A stretch of 64,000 bases of DNA, from the NCBI GenBank assembly GCA_035084275.1, contig CM068745.1, positions 41,788,001 through 41,852,000 on the forward strand. The letters run 5' to 3'. A program made the position numbers and the translations under genes. Shown here one piece after another: positions 24,395 through 38,020 of this stretch. This DNA comes from Hydrolagus colliei (taxonomy: Eukaryota). A model generated the notes under the pieces. That model made no database searches, was not told the origin of the DNA, and was given only the letters and a program-made list of their open reading frames with translations. Numbering within the stretch: position 1 is the stretch's first letter; every line of letters begins with the position of its first letter.

Positions 24395-25378
24395 CACTGT
24401 CACCTGTGGCATCCCCCAGGGCTCTGTCCTTGGCCTGTCACTTTTCAACATCTACATGCTCCCATTTGGTGACATCATCCGCAGACATGGGGTTAACTTC
24501 CACATGTATGCGGATGACACCCAACTCTATCTCTCTGCCTCCACCCTCGATTCCAGGACTACCACTGTCTTCGCAGAAGTGGATGTGGGGTACACCATTG
24601 TGCGTAATTGGCTGCCGTGTTTCTCCCACAAATATACACTCAATTCACTTTACAGTATATTCTGTGAAGGATTATTATTATTATTATTACTATTATTATT
24701 ATTATTATAACTCGCTCTGCCTTTCTCCATCTCCACAACATTTCCCGACTCCACCACTACCTCACCCCCAAAGTCACTGAAACCCTCATTCATGCCGTCA
24801 TTACATTCTGGCTTGATGATGCAAATGCTCTCCTTGTCGGCCTTCCCAATTCCTCCCTCCACAGGCTGCAGATAATCCAGAGGTCTGTGGTGCATATAGT
24901 CTACCGTTCCAAACTCTATGACCCCATCTCCCCCATCCTCGCCTGACTCCATTGGCTCCCCATCATTCAGAGGATCCAATTCAAGATCATAGTCCTCACA
25001 TTTAAAGCCCTCCACAACCTTGCCTCACCCTACATCCATGACCTCCTATCCCCTTACCAACCTGCCCGCCCCCTCCACTCTTCAGTCTCTGGCCTGCTCC
25101 ACATCCCCCGACCCATTCACCCCAACATTGGCAGGTGAGCCTTAGCTACTCTACCCCAAACCTCTGAAACTCCATCCCACAGTCCCTCCGCCTCGCATCC
25201 CATCTGGCCTCCTTCAAGTCCCGCCTCAAGACTCTCCTCTTCGATGGACCCATCGGCAACTCCTAATGTCCCCCTTCCCTCCCCCACCCTGTCCTCAGCT
25301 CGGGTCTGAAACAGTGACTATCCAGCGCCTTGGGACATACTCCTGACATGAAATGCAAGTGTAATTTTGTTGTTGTTA
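24395..25378 (+). mobile_element. Old L2 fragment with nested SINE 3' part (~24570-24708)
   Basis: [17 protein letters not shown] motif, interrupted by a SINE body and ATT tail. Confidence 0.85.
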
Positions 25379-25605
25379 TATCTGAGGTTAACTAAAAGCA
25401 CTGTAGTAATAATATATTGTATTTTTCATGGAGCAGTCAAAAAAACACAAAATGCAGCAGCCGATTTGTGCACAGAAACTTCCCACAAACATGCTTGAAA
25501 CAAATCATTAATTTTATTTGGGGAATTGTTCACCAGGATACTGGGAGACACTCCCATCAGCATGTTCTGATCTCAGTTGCTGACAGCATCATTAATCTCC
25601 ACCTC

Positions 25606-26470
25606 AACAACAATAACAACAACTTCGATTTATATAGTGCCCTCCATGCTGGACGGCGTCTCAGAGCGCTTCACAATAGCGGATCTCGAGACCGAGCCAG
25701 GGGCAGGGGTAGAAAGGTGACCAAAGGCACGGTCAAAGAGAAAGGTCTTCAGCTGGGACCTGAAACTGGGAAAAGAGGGGGCGAGGCAAAGGTAGTGAGG
25801 AAGGAAATTCCAGAGCCTCGGGGCATAGTGGCTGAAGGCACAGCCGCAGAGGGTGGAGCGGAGGATTTGGGAGATATGGAGGAGGCCAGATCCAGTGGAG
25901 CGAAGGCAATGGCAGCTGGTTTGAGGAGAGAGGAGGTCAGAGAGGTAGGGGGTGCAGAGGAGTGGAGTGATTTGAAAATAAGGGCGAGGATCTTGAAGTC
26001 GGGATTTGAAAACAAGGGTGAGGATCTTGAAGCCGTCCTCTCTGGGATAGGGAACCAGTGAGGTCTGGCAAGAACTGGGGTAATGGGGGAGCGAAGTTTG
26101 GTGCAGGTGAGTATACAGGCGGCAGAGTTTTGGATGAGTTGGACTTTATGGATTGTGGTGGAGGGAAGACCGGCGAGGAGGGCATTTGTATAGTCCAGCT
26201 GTGAGGTGACGAAGGCGTGGACCAGGGTTTCAGTGGCTTTTGGGGTGAGGTATTGCCAGAGACTGGCGATCCGTCGGAGGTGGAAAAAAGCGGTGCTGGT
26301 GAGGGACCGCATGTGGGGGAGGAAGGACAATTGGGGGTCGGACCTGGCGCCTAGGTTGTGCACGGGTTTGGAGAGTTTCAGGGGGAGACCGGGAAGGTGG
26401 AGGAGGTGAGAGCGATGTGAATGGAGACGTTTGACGAGAGCCAAAGAGTATGGCCTCCATCTCACCAAGC
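25606..26470 (-). mobile_element. L2-clade LINE 3' fragment (second subfamily), copy-B-specific
   Basis: Highly similar to 7920-8700, with a tail. Confidence 0.92.
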
Positions 26471-27154
26471 CAGTAGTAGCCTCTGCGTTTTGTTCAGCTC
26501 CCAACTGCCCTATAAACTGTACATCCATGCCTTGACCCATTCAGCTTCATCCCCCTCCACAACATAGCCTCCCTCTGACACAACATTGGGGTCCTGAGAT
26601 CCTCATCCATATTTTCATCATATCCAGGCTTGATTACGCTAACTTCATGCCCACCAGAAATTCCAAACTCCACAATCTGCAGATTATTGATAACAACAAA
26701 AACAACAACAGAATTACATTTGTATAGCGCCTTTCTGCAGTCCATATCCTCCCCACACCAACTCTGTGACACTATAACCTCTATCCTTGCCCTGCTCCAT
26801 TGGCTCACATCCCCCAGAGAATCGAGTTCCAGATCCTTGTTCTCACATTTAAAGCCCTCCCTATGAGTCAATTTGCCTCACCCCCTTCTCTTTCCTTCTG
26901 CAAGGTTTGTTTCAAGAACTTCCTCTTTGTCCTCGCCTTCAATCATATTCCCACACCCCCCCCTTCTCCTTTACCTCTCTTGAATTCAACCCCCAACTTG
27001 GGTGCAAACCCTCAACTGTCCAGCGGACATCCACCCGATGTGAAAGGTGCTATACACAACCATTTTGATGCTTGCATTCAATATGGAGTACTTTGCATTT
27101 ATCTAAACATTACACTAAACATAATTTGCCAATCATCAGCCAATGTATATTCAA

Positions 27155-27990
27155 CAACAACAACAAAATTATACTTGTATAGCGCCTTTCAAGTCAGAAG
27201 GACATCCTGAGGTGCTGGACAGTCACTGTTTCAGACCCGAGCTGGCTCTCAGGGGGAGGGAAGGTGGGGGATTAGAAGTTGCCGGTGAGACCATCGAACA
27301 GCAGAGTCTTGACGCGGGACTTGAAGGAGGCTAGGGAGGGGGCAAGGCGAAGGCACTGCGGAGTGGAGTTCCTGAGGGCAGAGGGCAAAAAAGGCTTATT
27401 TAGTAACAGCCCGCCAATGGTGGGGCGGAAGGGTCAGGGGACGAGGAGCAGGTTGGAGCCTTCTGAGCGGAGGGGCAGGCAGATTGATGAGGGGTTAGAA
27501 GGTCACAGATGTAGGGTGGGGTGAGGTTGTGGAGGGCTTTAAATGTGAGGACCAAGATCTTGAATTGGATCCTCTGGATGATGGGGAGCGATGAGGATGG
27601 GTGAGATGGGGTCACGGAGTTTGGAACGGTAGAGGACACGGGCTGCAGAATTCTGGATCCTCTGCAACCTGTGGAGGGAGGAATTGGGAAGGCTGACAAG
27701 CATTTGCATAGGAGCCGGGATGTAATGAAGTAATGAATGAGGGTTTCAGTGGCTTTGGGGTTGAGGTAATAATCCTTGCATTTTCATATAGTGCTTTTCA
27801 CATCTTCTAGACATCTCAAAGCGCTTCACAGAATATACTGTAAAGTGAATTGACTGTATATTTGCGAAACACGGCAGCCAATTACACACAGCAGTGTCCC
27901 ATAAACAGTCGTGGATTGAAATTAGTGGCAGAGTAAGGCAATATTGCGGAGAGGGGGAAAGGCAGAGCGAGTCATTGCTTGGATGTGGGG
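27155..27990 (-). mobile_element. Old L2 fragment with nested SINE (~27768-27920)
   Basis: IQRIQFKILVLTFKALH motif and L2 tail. Confidence 0.8.
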
Positions 27991-28854
27991 GAGGAAAAAC
28001 CATTGAGGGTGGAACAAGTCACCTAAGTTCTGTAGAGCACAGGCTTTCTTTATACCCCACTTTGCTGCCTAAAATAGCAGGACTTGCTTGCTTGTTGCGA
28101 TCCATAAAAGATAGCGTGGCCTGTGGGTTTGCTCACCATGTTTACATGTTAAAGCCTGAAGTATGCCATATTAGCAGCTTCTGCACTGCCAGTATCTAAA
28201 GTTAGTTACAAGACATGTATTGCTCAGTAGTTTAGTTTGGAAATTCAACACTGTGATGGGTTTCCATGTGTGCCAGACACTTGATGTTCCCCCCCAAAAT
28301 TAATCCATTCTCTGAAAATCTGAAAGTCCACAAAATACATCTGAAACATGATGTAACTTCCCCTAATATGCTAAGAAGGTTTCTCTCATTTAGAACAGGA
28401 AATCTACATTAGATCTGAGAACTGATGTAGGTTTCCTATCTGCTTCAGTAGCCATCTATGAAAAAGTACCGTTCTCTTCGAGTTTGAGTGATATCTACCA
28501 ATGAAAACAGTGAATGTTGAAATGGAGTCTTTGAAGGGAAGAATGTGGACAACTTTGCTTTTAAAAACCACCCTCATTACTTTTCTACTCCCAGGTAGGT
28601 TATGCTCACTTTTATCAACCTCATTTTATGAAATCCCAGTACTTTGGGATGTCCTCCCGATATGAAAAGTGCTATACAAGTGTAATTTTGTTGTTGTTGT
28701 TGTTTTAAGTGTCTCATATTTGATGGATTCAGCAGGGAGCCTCTTAATTTTTATTCGTTCCACTCCTGGTCTGCAAAATACTGAAGCTGCTTCTTTGTGC
28801 TATGTTGCACCTGTCCATTATTGCATTGAGTGTCTGTGTATGTTTGTTTTCTGC

Positions 28855-28855
28855 T

Positions 28856-28884
<29 letters not shown>
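28855..28884. repeat. (TG)n microsatellite
   Basis: Direct reading. Confidence 0.95.
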
Positions 28885-28886
<2 letters not shown>

Positions 28887-31800
28887 CGCAAAGTGATTAA
28901 GTTTATTGTTTGTGAAAACAAAAGTTATGCGCTGTAAAGATGTGTATTTATGTAAAATTGGTCATGTTTATTTTCACGGTCAACTTTTTGTCCAGTTAGT
29001 GATACTGAATACAGTAGTTTGTAAATGTTAAATGAACAAATTGAGCTTGAGAGTTAAAAATAATTGCACTGAAGCCATTTACATTTCTGATGTAATAGGC
29101 TGCTATCTCTGGCTTAGGTTGTTCTTCATAATCTTTTAAAATATGTGGGTTTGATGTCCACATCAGGAGTTCAGCTCACAGTATCGGCTGATACTCTGGT
29201 GCAGTGCAAGGGGAGTGCTGCATTACCAGATGATATGTTTAAACTAAGGTCCCAGTTTTAGATGTCCTCCTGAATTCAAAGGTTCTAAATCAAATGCAAC
29301 AATTATTTTTATTATTAATATGTCAATGTTTAATTGTAGTCTCATTTGTGGTATTTCCTAACATATTCCTCAGAAAGAAATATGTAATTTTCAAATTTAT
29401 CAGACATTGAATTGATTGGAGAATATATTCAATGTGAATTTGGGGGGGAATGAGAAATATAATAAAAAATATAGAGAAATGAATATAAAACTAATCCTGT
29501 CAACATTTTGCTGAGATATAATTTTTAATAAAATATATAAATCTAAATAAATAATTATTTCAAATCATATTTCAATTGATAACATTTGATACAATGCCTG
29601 AAGGTAAACGATGATGAAAAATCTTGATTTTATCTTTCAAATTTAAATAAATAAATTTACATTCAATACCTCATCTTATCTTATAGGCCAGATTCCTAGT
29701 CATTTTAGTGAGCTTTATTACTGTTTATAATCAATTAGAAAATAACCCAAAACAAAAGCAAAATAAATACAGAATAAAGTAGAGGCTTGCTATATTTACA
29801 AAATGTTGCAATACCATTCAAAATAGGCTTTTCTCAATAAAACATTGTGAATATGATCTTATGCCTTTAAGCATTTTCTTACGCCCGTAAAAATTCCAAT
29901 TGCTAATCTTTCAACGGCGTTAGGTTTCTATAAATTTTATCTCAATAACAAGCATTGGTTGGAAATCTTATAATTGGCTCATTCTGGTAGGGATTTATTG
30001 GTGCTGTATAGAGAGAATCCCTCTTTAGGTGATACCAGAAAAAAATGTTTAATTAATTCATGTGAGTTTGGATACAAACCTTGACCCAGAATGGCATAAA
30101 GTAAGAAATCTATTCGGGTGCAAAGCCTGAGAGAGAGGTCATAGATTGTTGGTGTGCAACCCCCTGATGGCTTAAGTTGGAGTATTAATTGATGAATACA
30201 AGGAAGCTCTCTTAGAGGCAGATAAGAGATTTGCTGGGAACAAAGGACTGATGGTAATTTCCTGTAGTTACATTGATTTGCAGGAAATATTTGCAGATAT
30301 TCATTGAGCATTATTCTTATTACTGTATCTGTAAACACATAGAAAATAAGTACACAGAAAAAAGACTTAAATTCTAGGTGTAGACCAGGCACTCACTCTT
30401 AGTCACGCTCTCTGAATCAGGCGGTTTTGGTGCAAGTCTCACATCGCTACTTTGAACTCATGTTCTTGACTTGACAGTCTTATATAATACTGAGAGAAGT
30501 GCTAAATTGAAGTATTGTGAAGTACTATCCTGTGAAGTTAACTAGATCATAAAATGCTTTTAAGTGCTATGAGATATCTCAATGACATGGAAAGGTTCTT
30601 TGAAACATTTCTTCCTGATGTGACAGACATTTATAAATGTAAATTTTATTAATTTTGCTATTTAGCTCTGCATAGATTAATTTCAATCTACCAGGAGGTT
30701 CATGTTAAAATAATATTCTGGCTTTACAGTAAGTGCAGCAATTGTTTAGGTCTATTTTTATCTTACAACCAAAATGTAGGTTTCTAAAAGGGCTTTGAAA
30801 AAGAACAATGGACTTTATAAAGAGAATACCAAAAAATGAGGCCACAGAAAGACAATGTGAAACTAGTTGCAAGTCAATGTAAAATTGCCACAGGTTTTGC
30901 TATGGGGAAGTGTGATTTTAGTTATACAGAAGCTCAGCAGCAGAAAAGATCGGCTGTATTACTTGGACCATTTTGCTTCTATGCAATTTCTTCCCGCTCT
31001 CCCTTATCCAGTTCAGGTTCATAATCTGCTGCTTTGAGACGATCTTCCAATATGAAAGGCATTAGAGTATATCAATGCAAATTATATTGTATTAATTGAC
31101 TCCAAAATGCTGATAATAGGAGACTGTTTTTCCTTTAATGATTGTATTTGTTTTAATATACAGTACTACAAAAATAAGTACACTCATTATAAGAAGGAAA
31201 GTACAATAAAGTCAATGTTTTCACCTCTCCCATAAATTTATAGATTAGTTCCTCAATTTGTAGGATTAGATTTACAATAATAATAATAATCCTTGAATTT
31301 GATATTGCGCTTTTCAAGTCTTCTAGACGTCTAAAAGCACTCCACAGAATAAAGTGAATTGACTGATATTTGTGGGTGAAATGCGGTAGCCAATTGCGCA
31401 CAGCAGTGACCCACAAACACTCGTGAATTGAAATGACCAATTTTATTATTGTGTTTTTTTTTGGAGGGATTATTATTATTAGGTGTGTGGAGTAAGGAAA
31501 TTTGCCCAAGGTTTCACTCTGACCTGCCTGGTCTAACATTAACATTTACAAGATTTATTTCATCAGCAAAATTGATACAGGTAAAGTGCCTTTAGATCAA
31601 ACAATAAAAAATTAAAATAAATAATTAAAAAGTATAATTTTAACAATGCTCACTACTTTCTTTGACAACTATTAAATAACATTTTTTTAAAATCATGTGT
31701 TCATACAATTTTAAACATTTACACATCCAATACAAAGAAAGATTCATTTATATATTTTTTAAATCCCTGCAGTTGTACTACTGTGTATAATGTTTTTGAA

Positions 31801-32094
31801 ACATTTGAAAACATTTGAAAACACAGGATTCACTGTGGTGTGAAAACTGTATACAGTATTTGGAGGGGACATCTTATTAAAGCAAATTTCATAGGCTTTC
31901 ACTATATGATCTGAAAATCATTATGACTAATATCTCAATCTAATGTGTAGATCATTTATAAAAAATACTATTCCTAAACTCCTCAACTAACATTAGGTAT
32001 ACTGTAGTATTTTTACTACAATTGCCATTGTGAAGTGTTACAAATGTGCTTTATAATTGCAAATTGGTGTTGTAGATCCAAATGAAGGCCTGTG

Positions 32095-32400
32095 TAATAA
32101 TAATAATAATAATAATACAGTACTTGCTTTGCTATAGCACTTTTCATGTCTTCTAGACGTCTCAAAGCGTTTGACAGAATATACTGTAACGTGAATTGAC
32201 TGTTTGTTTGTGGGCAAAACACAGCAGACAATTGAGCACAGCAGTGTCCCACGAACAATCGTAGATTAAGTGACCAAATTATTTTTGGAGGGATTATTAT
32301 TAGGCATGTGGAGTAAGAAAACTGGCCCAAGGTTTCACCCTGCCGGGAATCGAACTCTGGTCTCTCACTTGCGAGGCAAGTGCTAAGCTAAAGGATTCCA
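32095..32400 (-). mobile_element. tRNA-derived SINE, same family (a head-truncated copy lies at 31276-31531)
   Basis: Head, body and AAT tail. Confidence 0.85.
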
Positions 32401-33359
32401 TGTATGAACCTTATAGACTTAAAATATTTGTTCTTTGCAACTTCAGATCACTGAAACGTTTGCTTGAAATTCTACTTGCATTCCAATGTTGCAAAGACAC
32501 TTATTATATTCAAAGTGACCCCATTTAAAGTGTTCTCAAATAGAGTTGTGATGAACACCTACTCTTTATTTAGCCTGACACCACTGAGCACTGCAGTTTT
32601 TTTTAATCTGCTTTGAAGTCAAACTGTATCATGAACTTTCATTCTGATGGTTTGTGCTACTTTTTCATATAAAAAGGAGCAGTCTATAATGTAGCTAAAT
32701 GACAGTGCCAGCCTGGCTCAAATTGATAGGACTCTTATCTCTGAATCAGATGGCTGTGAGTTCAAGCCCCACTTCAGGACTTTAAGATTGTAGTCTACTC
32801 TGACACAGGAGTGCTGTATTTATCGAATCATAGAATTTTGCAGCACTGAAGCTGCCATTCGGCCCATCATGCCTGTACAATTAATGCGATTTTCTCGATT
32901 GTGAATTCAACTATACGTGAAGAAAAAAATGCATCACTTTTATGCATAACGCCCGTAAAAGTGGCGTAGCATTTAGTCTCAAAGCTGTTCATTGTTTTCT
33001 GATTCTTTTGTTCCCTATTTCTTCCTTGAAGTCTCCTCTTCAGGTCTTCTGTGTTAGCCCTTTCTACAGTGTCACTGTTCATTAACAGTTTATAGGTAAC
33101 TCAAATTTAAGGTTTGAATAGAGGCTTGTCTTATTAAAGTCGGCCATTCAGGGAAGTCTGTCGCATTAAGAGCCTTTCTTTTTCCTGTTCATTCCTTCTG
33201 TTTAGCAGAGCTATCAAGTTTCTGTTCTGTAACCACATTATTTTCAGGGTCTTTCTTGAACTTACTCTGACTGTCTTCACCTCACTTGGTTCCCACTTCT
33301 TACTTTCTCACTTTCTTACTTTCTCACTTCTCTGATTTTTCAATGTTCTTTGTCACTTT

Positions 33360-34025
33360 GTCCTCCCCCACATCCGGTCCCTCACCAGCACCGCTTTTTT
33401 CCAGCTCCGACAGATCCCCCTTCTCCAGCAATATCTCACCCCAAAAGCCGCTGAAACCCTGGTCCATGCCTTTGTCACCTCTCGGCTGGACTATTCCAAT
33501 GCCCTCCTCACCGGTCTGCCCTCCACCACAATCCATAAAATCCAACTCATTCAACTCTGCCACCCGCAATCTCATCTGCACCAAACTTCGCTCCCCGATT
33601 ACCCCAGTCCATGCCAGACTTCACTGGCTCCCTGTCCCAGAGGATCAATTTCAAGATCCCTTGTTTTCAAAGCCCTTCACTCCTCTGCAACCCCCTAGCT
33701 CTCCAACCTCCTCTCTCCTCAAACCAGCACCTATTGCCTTCGCTGCACTGGGTCTGGCCTCTTCCTTATCCGCCGAATCCTCCACCCCATCATCGACAGC
33801 CTTGCCTTCAGCAACTACGCCCCGAGGCTCTGGAACTCCCTTCCTCACTCCCTTCGCCTCTCCCCAGTTTTAGGTCTCAGCTAAAAACCTTTCTCTTCGA
33901 CCACGCCTTTGGTCACCTTTCTCCCCCCTTGTCCCTGGCTCGGGCCTCGGATCTGTTAGTGTGAAGCGCTCTGAGATGCCGTCCGACGTGGTGGGCGCTA
34001 TATAAATCAAAGTTATTGTTATTGT
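33360..34025 (+). mobile_element. L2-clade LINE 3' fragment (second subfamily)
   Basis: Reverse complement of the 7920 and 25606 copies, with a (GTT/ATT) tail. Confidence 0.9.
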
Positions 34026-34355
34026 TGATTTCTCATTATATTTCGCTATGTTCCAAATTTTTTTACCTTTCTCTTAACTTTTTCTGAGTGAAATCTGTAA
34101 TTAATATTCACTATATTTCTTGCTGTATTAGGCATTCTGTATCCCAGTTACTTATTCCTAGTTATCCGCTCAGCAAAGAAAACCTTCCCAGTATCTGAAA
34201 TTGCTTTTTGCATCTCTGAACCTTGGTTCACTTGCTCAAACATTTTGGTGCATGCTAAACTATTGTTCTGGATTTATATTCTCATTTTCATTAAAAATTT
34301 TATACACCTCTATGTGGTTGCCTCTGATTTGTTTCCTCAAAGGATAATAATAATA

Positions 34356-34564
34356 CAGTAAAAGCGCGTTTATCCGGCACCCTCAGGACCTGGCTAATGC
34401 CGGTTAAAGCGAGTGCCGGATATTCGGCCGAAAACATAATTTAAAAAATTAATCATATATTTTTCCGGATAAATTCTGGTTAATCGAATGCGGACCATTT
34501 TTTTCCGGTGCTGGTTATACGGAAGTTACGGTTGATTGGGTCACGGATAAACGGGCTTTTACTG
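34356..34564. mobile_element. 209-bp MITE of Tc1/mariner (Tigger/pogo-like) type
   Basis: 21-bp TIRs (cagtaaaagcgcgtttatccg; 20/21 match) flanked by TA on both sides. Confidence 0.88.
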
Positions 34565-35970
34565 TACAGTACTGGCTTTTGATATAACACCTTGTCACAT
34601 GATCTAGATATCTCAAAGCGCTTCACAGAATATATTGTAAAATGAATGGACTATATTTTGCAGGTGAAACTCGGCAACCAATTACACACAGAGAGTCTTG
34701 GATTGAGTAACCAAAATATTATTATTTTTCAAGGGATTATTAATCCCAGAAAAGCTATCTACCTTCGACTAACTAACAACTAGGTTCCTACTTAGGATTC
34801 CAATTCTCATCAGGATGTAAAATTATTAAATAAGAGTACACAGACACACTCAGAGAGGTTTTATAATCAACATTTTATCTTAGTAATTGGAAGTATTATA
34901 CATTTCAATACAAATCATCATTTGGTTAGTTCTATAAGAGCAGAACTGATCAAGAATTCAATGGTCCTGCACACTTGCAGTATGTGGAATATGTAGTTAA
35001 TTTAAGAACAGGTACCAGCATATGAGAGAAAAAGAGGAAGAGAGAGAAAAAGTACAAGACTGAGTAATAAAGTGCAAGAGAACTCAAGGGAGAAAATGTG
35101 TTTGAGGGAGGGAGAGAGAGAGAGAAAATATGTGGAGAAGAGACCATGCATATCAAAAATGCAAGGATTTGCTAACAAGAGAGGTGGATGCTTATTTTGG
35201 AAGCACAGGTTTGTGGGGTTATGGGGAGAGAGGCGGGGAGTGGGATTGACCTTGAAATAGCTCTTTTCAAAGAGCAGGAACAGACTCGATGAGCCAAATT
35301 ACCTCCTTTTGTGCTCAAAAATTCTATGATTCTATGATTATTCTTATTATGGATCTTGAAACTACTATCAGAATTGAGTAGAATACACCAAACCGTATAT
35401 GTAGAAGGACTGGAGTTAGGAATAATAAAGAAAACGTAATCAACTCAATGTGAGAATTGTTGGGGAAGGAGTATCACCCTCTTCATTTCTGTTATATAGG
35501 GTGGGGTGGAATCTTAACAAAAAGCAGTTTCATGCAGAATTGTGACAAAGGCTGGTGAAGGTTGGGAAGCGCTGGGGCTAAGGGTGATTTGATGGTTCAT
35601 ATTGGAATACTGAAGAGTTTTTTCACCAATGGTAGAATAAACGAAGGTGCTGTCTTGTGCTGAGAATCAATATACTGTACAGTCAACAATGACGCACAAA
35701 ATTCAGGGTTGAAGAGTTTGTCTAATCATTCCTCACAGCTCAATCCTCCAACACACACTTTTGTTCCTTGCTGCTTTTCTCTGCACAATCACTGGGGCCA
35801 GGGCAACCCCCTTAAACCATGGTGAGGAGAATTGTATTCCATTCTCTAAACTTGACCTGACCAGAGCACTTGACCTGCATGTGAGTATGAATTGAAGAAA
35901 TTTAAGATCATTAATATCTTAAATTAAGATGATTAATTTAAGTAATTGAAGTAAATAAGATCATTGATAT

Positions 35971-36208
35971 ACGTCCTCCCAAATGCACATGCGCATGGGG
36001 CCAGCCAGCCGAGGAATCATCATACTTAGTCAGGAGCTGCCGGCATCCTCCCAAATGTGCCGGCATCCTCCCAAATGCGCTGGCTGGCGGGGCCAGCCAG
36101 CGTGTATACGCAAATTTTACTCGCGCTACGCAAAAAACTGCCGCATTTATTTTTCCGCGTTTAGGCGAATCCATATTTAAGAAAGTCACCTTCAGCAAGG
36201 GTTGACTG
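35971..36208. mobile_element. Right half of the same MITE upstream of V exon B
   Basis: Aligns to 10073-10249 and ends in caagggttgactg|TA. Confidence 0.65.
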
Positions 36209-36230
36209 TATATGTTTATTTTTTCTCTAG

Positions 36231-36584
36231 GTGTTTTAACTACGGAAAATGGAAATGCCACAGAATATATACGAACACTGAGCAGCAATGTCATCTTGAA
36301 TTGTTCAAAACCTCACATAAATCCAACGTTAATTGTATGGTACAAAAGTGATCTGTTTGAAGAGAAAGAATACAAGCAAATAATAAGTCAGGATTGCTCA
36401 TCAAATAGAATCCAAACAAATTATAGCACCAAAGTAACTATTCTAAATACAACTTGTAATTTACCAAGTAAAGATTTTTATCTTCAGATTGAGTCTGTAG
36501 ACTTGACTGATGAAGGGAATTACAAATGTGAAATTGCAGCTCGAGATGGAACCTTTTCTGAAACCTTTTCGTTAACAGTCATAG
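36231..36584 (+). CDS. Ig V-set exon of CD200-receptor-like type I membrane protein (copy B)
   Basis: Acceptor ttttttctctag at 36219-36230, donor G|gtaaga, 354 nt, phase 1-1, open. Encodes LNC...IVWYK...YLQIESVDLTDEGNYKCEIAARDGTFSETFSLTVI (V-set B-Cys, C-Trp, D-x-G-x-Y-x-C). The family call rests on recalled similarity to CD200R (YRC...TPDGNF) and the V-C2-TM layout; nectin/CD200-type relatives are not excluded. Confidence 0.9.
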
Positions 36585-37099
36585 GTAAGAATACTTGTAC
36601 TGGAATCTTCCCATTACCAATTTTGTTTCATCCTTTGTAGAATAGATGCACTGATATTGTAAGTTTAAATAATTTATAGTAAGTGTATCTAAATCTGGGA
36701 TGGGTGGGGTGTGCGGGTATTAAAATGTGTCGAAGATGATGATTATCAATGATCAAACCTGTAATAATATGATGGAATTTTTGTTACTAATTATTGACTT
36801 GTTTCAGATTAGAATGTCCCTCTCGATTATATGAGGGTTTGCAGTGTAGGGCCTTTTGCATTTTATGGGCTACTTATCTATCAGATCAGAGATAGCACCG
36901 GAATGCTGATTTACAGGATACAGGCTAAAAGGTCTAGAATTTTGATCTTAAATCAGGCATTTGTTGTTGTTGTTCTTGTTGTAAATCAGACATCCACAAT
37001 CAACAGAAGTTCGATTTTTTGACATCTGGCTTTGGCGTGAATGGTTATCACTCTTATCATTTTAAGAAAACTTATGTTTTGTTGCGAACTTTTTTTTAG

Positions 37100-37369
37100 C
37101 ACCACCCAATATTTCTACCAGTTGCGAAATTCATTCAAATGAAAGAACAGCCGCAGTGTGCACTATGTCAAATGGGAAACCAGAGTGGAATATCACATGG
37201 CAGCCAACCAATGAGGGAAATATCTTTACTACTGTTCAGAACAATGATAGCACTGTGACTGTACAAAGTAAGTATTTCATAACAGACACAAAGAACTACA
37301 GGGGAAACCTGATCTGCATTGTGACACATCCAGCATTGATGGAGAGACAAAACTATACATTTCCAATCG
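37100..37369 (+). CDS. Ig C2-type exon of CD200-receptor-like protein
   Basis: Acceptor tttttttag, donor G|gtaagt, 270 nt, phase 1-1. Encodes APPNIS...TAAVCTMSNGKPEWNITWQP...NDSTVTVQSKY...LICIVTHP, resembling CD200R domain 2 (TAVC..GKPAAQISW...NGTVTVKS...VTCHVSH). Confidence 0.9.
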
Positions 37370-37908
37370 GTAAGTATATCTACATCAAATATTGCATTAC
37401 TGGTTTATGTTGCTGAAGCTTATATTGAATCACGACACAAATATATAAAAACTGATAAAGTTTGTCCCACTCCACCTCTGTGGTCTCCTGTAATATAACT
37501 ACTACATTAAGTATTAAATCTAAAATGTTCACTGTCCACTCAAAGTTAGTTCATGCTCCCTTGTTTTAGCTTTTGTGACGATGCTGAATATATCAGCAGG
37601 GTTAAATTTAGGGAATTCTTGTGTAAATCCAATATTATCTGCTTTAGTTTTACAATGGTATTCCTGTTTCATTAAGCATTTCTGTTCATGGCCTTTGATA
37701 AAGAAGTGAGGATATTTCACTTATGTATTTTATATACTTTATATTACACTTTTACTGTTAACAGCTGATCATAATGTTGTGGTGATCATAATCAAAAGTA
37801 GCAATGATGCATTGAAACATGTCTATATCATTAGAAAGAAATCTCTCATGTAATAATATTAGTTGCAAAAAATCTCATGCAAAGCTAATTTGTGCCTGTC
37901 TTTCATAG

Positions 37909-38020
37909 ATTGCAGTCAACGTGATGCAACACAAGTGAACCTTCCTGTTGTCCTGGGTAGCTTGTGTCTTCTGTGTTTTGCACTAATTCTAGCTATGTGC
38001 TTCTTCCACAAACAACTCAG
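37909..38020 (+). CDS. Stalk/transmembrane exon (DCSQRDATQVNLPVVLGSLCLLCFALILAMCFFHKQL)
   Basis: Acceptor tgcctgtctttcatag, donor AG|gtgaga, 112 nt, phase 1-2. About 22 hydrophobic residues with no charged residue, followed by HKQLR. Confidence 0.88.

Larger units (their letters stand above)
20290..36624 (+). repeat. Segmental duplicate unit B
   Basis: Counterpart of 1-10665, longer because of additional sequence. Similarity stops 40 bp after the V-exon donor in both copies. Confidence 0.9.

Noticed and set aside
29980-30310. Broken + strand frame (LAHSGRDLL...EYKEALLEADKRF) as a Gypsy or viral relic
   Set aside because: Stops, a frameshift, and no diagnostic motif that I can name with confidence.
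33070-33095. 26-nt micro-exon that would fix the leader phase
   Set aside because: In-frame stop in both copies (TAA in B, TAG in A), and a weak donor in A.
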